NCBI RefSeq assembly: GCF_009834535.1
Contig: NC_045697.1
Location: 27,468,001-27,532,000 of the forward strand
Length of the DNA stretch: 64,000 nucleotides
Reading direction: 5' to 3'
From: Camelus ferus
Lineage: Eukaryota
Positions 62,901 through 64,000 of the stretch are shown piece by piece. The translations under genes were made by a program, and so were the position numbers. Every line of letters begins with the position of its first letter. Positions within the stretch are counted from its first letter, which is position 1. The notes below the pieces were generated by a model. That model was not told the origin of the DNA, made no database searches, and saw only the letters and a list, made by a program, of their open reading frames with translations.

Positions 62901-64000
62901 TCCTTTCTTATTTTGCTAATTTGTGCTCTTTTTTCTTCTTTGTGAGTTTGGCCAGAGGTTTGTCGATTTTATTTACTTTTTCAAAAAACCAGCTTTTGGT
63001 TTGGTTGATTTTTTTCTATGCTCTTGTTAATCTCTATTGTATTTAATTCCCCTCTGATCTTTATTATTTCCTTCCTTCTGCTGCTTTTTGGGGCTTTTTG
63101 TTCTTCTTTTTCTAATTCATTCAGGTGGTGGGTTAAATTGTTTATTTGAGATTGTTCTTCTTTTTTGAGGAAGGCCTGTATCGCTATAAACTTCCCTCTT
63201 AGCCCTGCCTTTGCTGTGTCCCATAGGTTTTGAGTGGCTGTGCTTTCATTATCATTTGTCTCAAGGTATTTTTTAATTTCAGCTTTGATTTCCTCATTGA
63301 TCCATTGTTTTTTCAATAACATATTGTTTAATCTCCATGCTTTCCTTTTTTTCTCCTTTGTTTCTCTGTTGTTGATTTCCAGTTTCATGGCATTGTGGTC
63401 AGTAAAGATGCTTGAGATAATTTCTATCTTCTTAAAATTGTTGAGGTTTCTTTTGTGCCCAAGTACATGATCCATCCTGGAAAATGTTCCATGTGCACTT
63501 GAAAAGAATGTATATCCTATTTTTGAGGGGTGTAATGCTCTGAAAATATCCACCAAATCTAGTTTTTCTATTGTAGTATTTAATTTCTCTGTTGCCTTGT
63601 TTATTTTCTGTCTGGAAGATCTGTCTAGTGATGTTAATGCAGTGTTAAAATCTCCAACTATGATTGTATTCCCATCAATATCCCCCTTTATCTCTGTTAG
63701 TAATTCTTGTATGTACTTAGGTGCTCCTATATTGGGTGCATATATATTAACGAGTGTAATATCCTCATCTTGTATCACTCCTTTAATCATTATAAAATGT
63801 CCTTCTTTATCTTTCTTTATGGCCTTTGTTTTAAAGTCTATTTTGTCTGAAATCAGTACTGCAACACCTGCTTTTTTGGCTTTTCCATTTGCATGGAATA
63901 TCCTTTTCCACCCTTTCACTCTTAATCTATATGTGTCCTTCTCCCTAAAGTGGGTCTCTTGTATGCAGCATATTGAAGGTTCTTGCTTTATTATCCCGTC
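59968..64000 (-). mobile_element. Young L1 retrotransposon, extending beyond the window end
   Basis: Poly-T from 59968 and a short 3' UTR, then ~3.7 kb of continuous ORF2 homology to the window edge. Confidence 0.98.
60292..64000 (-). pseudogene. Disrupted L1 ORF2p (APE endonuclease, reverse transcriptase, C-terminal Cys-rich domain)
   Basis: ORF pieces 62981-63919 (EN: NIYAPN, GDFNT, TDHNAMKL), 61946-62806 ([16 protein letters not shown]), 60731-61765 and 60292-60804 (HCWWEC). In-frame TAA at 61946-61948; frameshifts near 60835, 62930 and 63010. Confidence 0.95.

Noticed and set aside
60819..63470. Hydrophobic + strand ORFs (60819-61355, 61914-62270, 63234-63470)
   Set aside because: Antisense frames of the A-rich L1 ORF2
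1..64000. CRISPR arrays, operons, NUMTs, processed pseudogenes, endogenous viral ORFs
   Set aside because: No regularly spaced repeats and no recognisable mitochondrial, mRNA-derived or viral coding sequence seen by eye. A tblastx search would be needed to exclude highly decayed fossils.

Overview
This is mammalian genomic DNA, most likely camelid (alpaca/llama/camel). The basis is two tRNA-Ala-derived SINEs matching the camelid Vic-1 family. The window looks intergenic or deep intronic: I recognise no host protein-coding gene. It is dominated by interspersed repeats: many ancient MIR and L2 fragments, one L3/CR1 reverse-transcriptase fossil, MaLR (MLT1) solo LTRs, MER-type DNA transposons, several 5'-truncated L1s with visible target-site duplications, and a young minus-strand L1 (59968 to the window end) whose ORF2 is broken by only a few lesions. 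The unique sequence holds an excellent extended CTCF motif (~23.2 kb), several CpG-rich patches, and a candidate + strand TATA promoter with splice-site-bounded exons (~57.2-58.8 kb). A 38-bp paired duplication and a perfect palindrome both involve the same CR1 fossil. I found no convincing novel multi-component biological system. Repeat family names come from recalled consensus sequences. Repeat boundaries are approximate unless a TSD or TIR is given.
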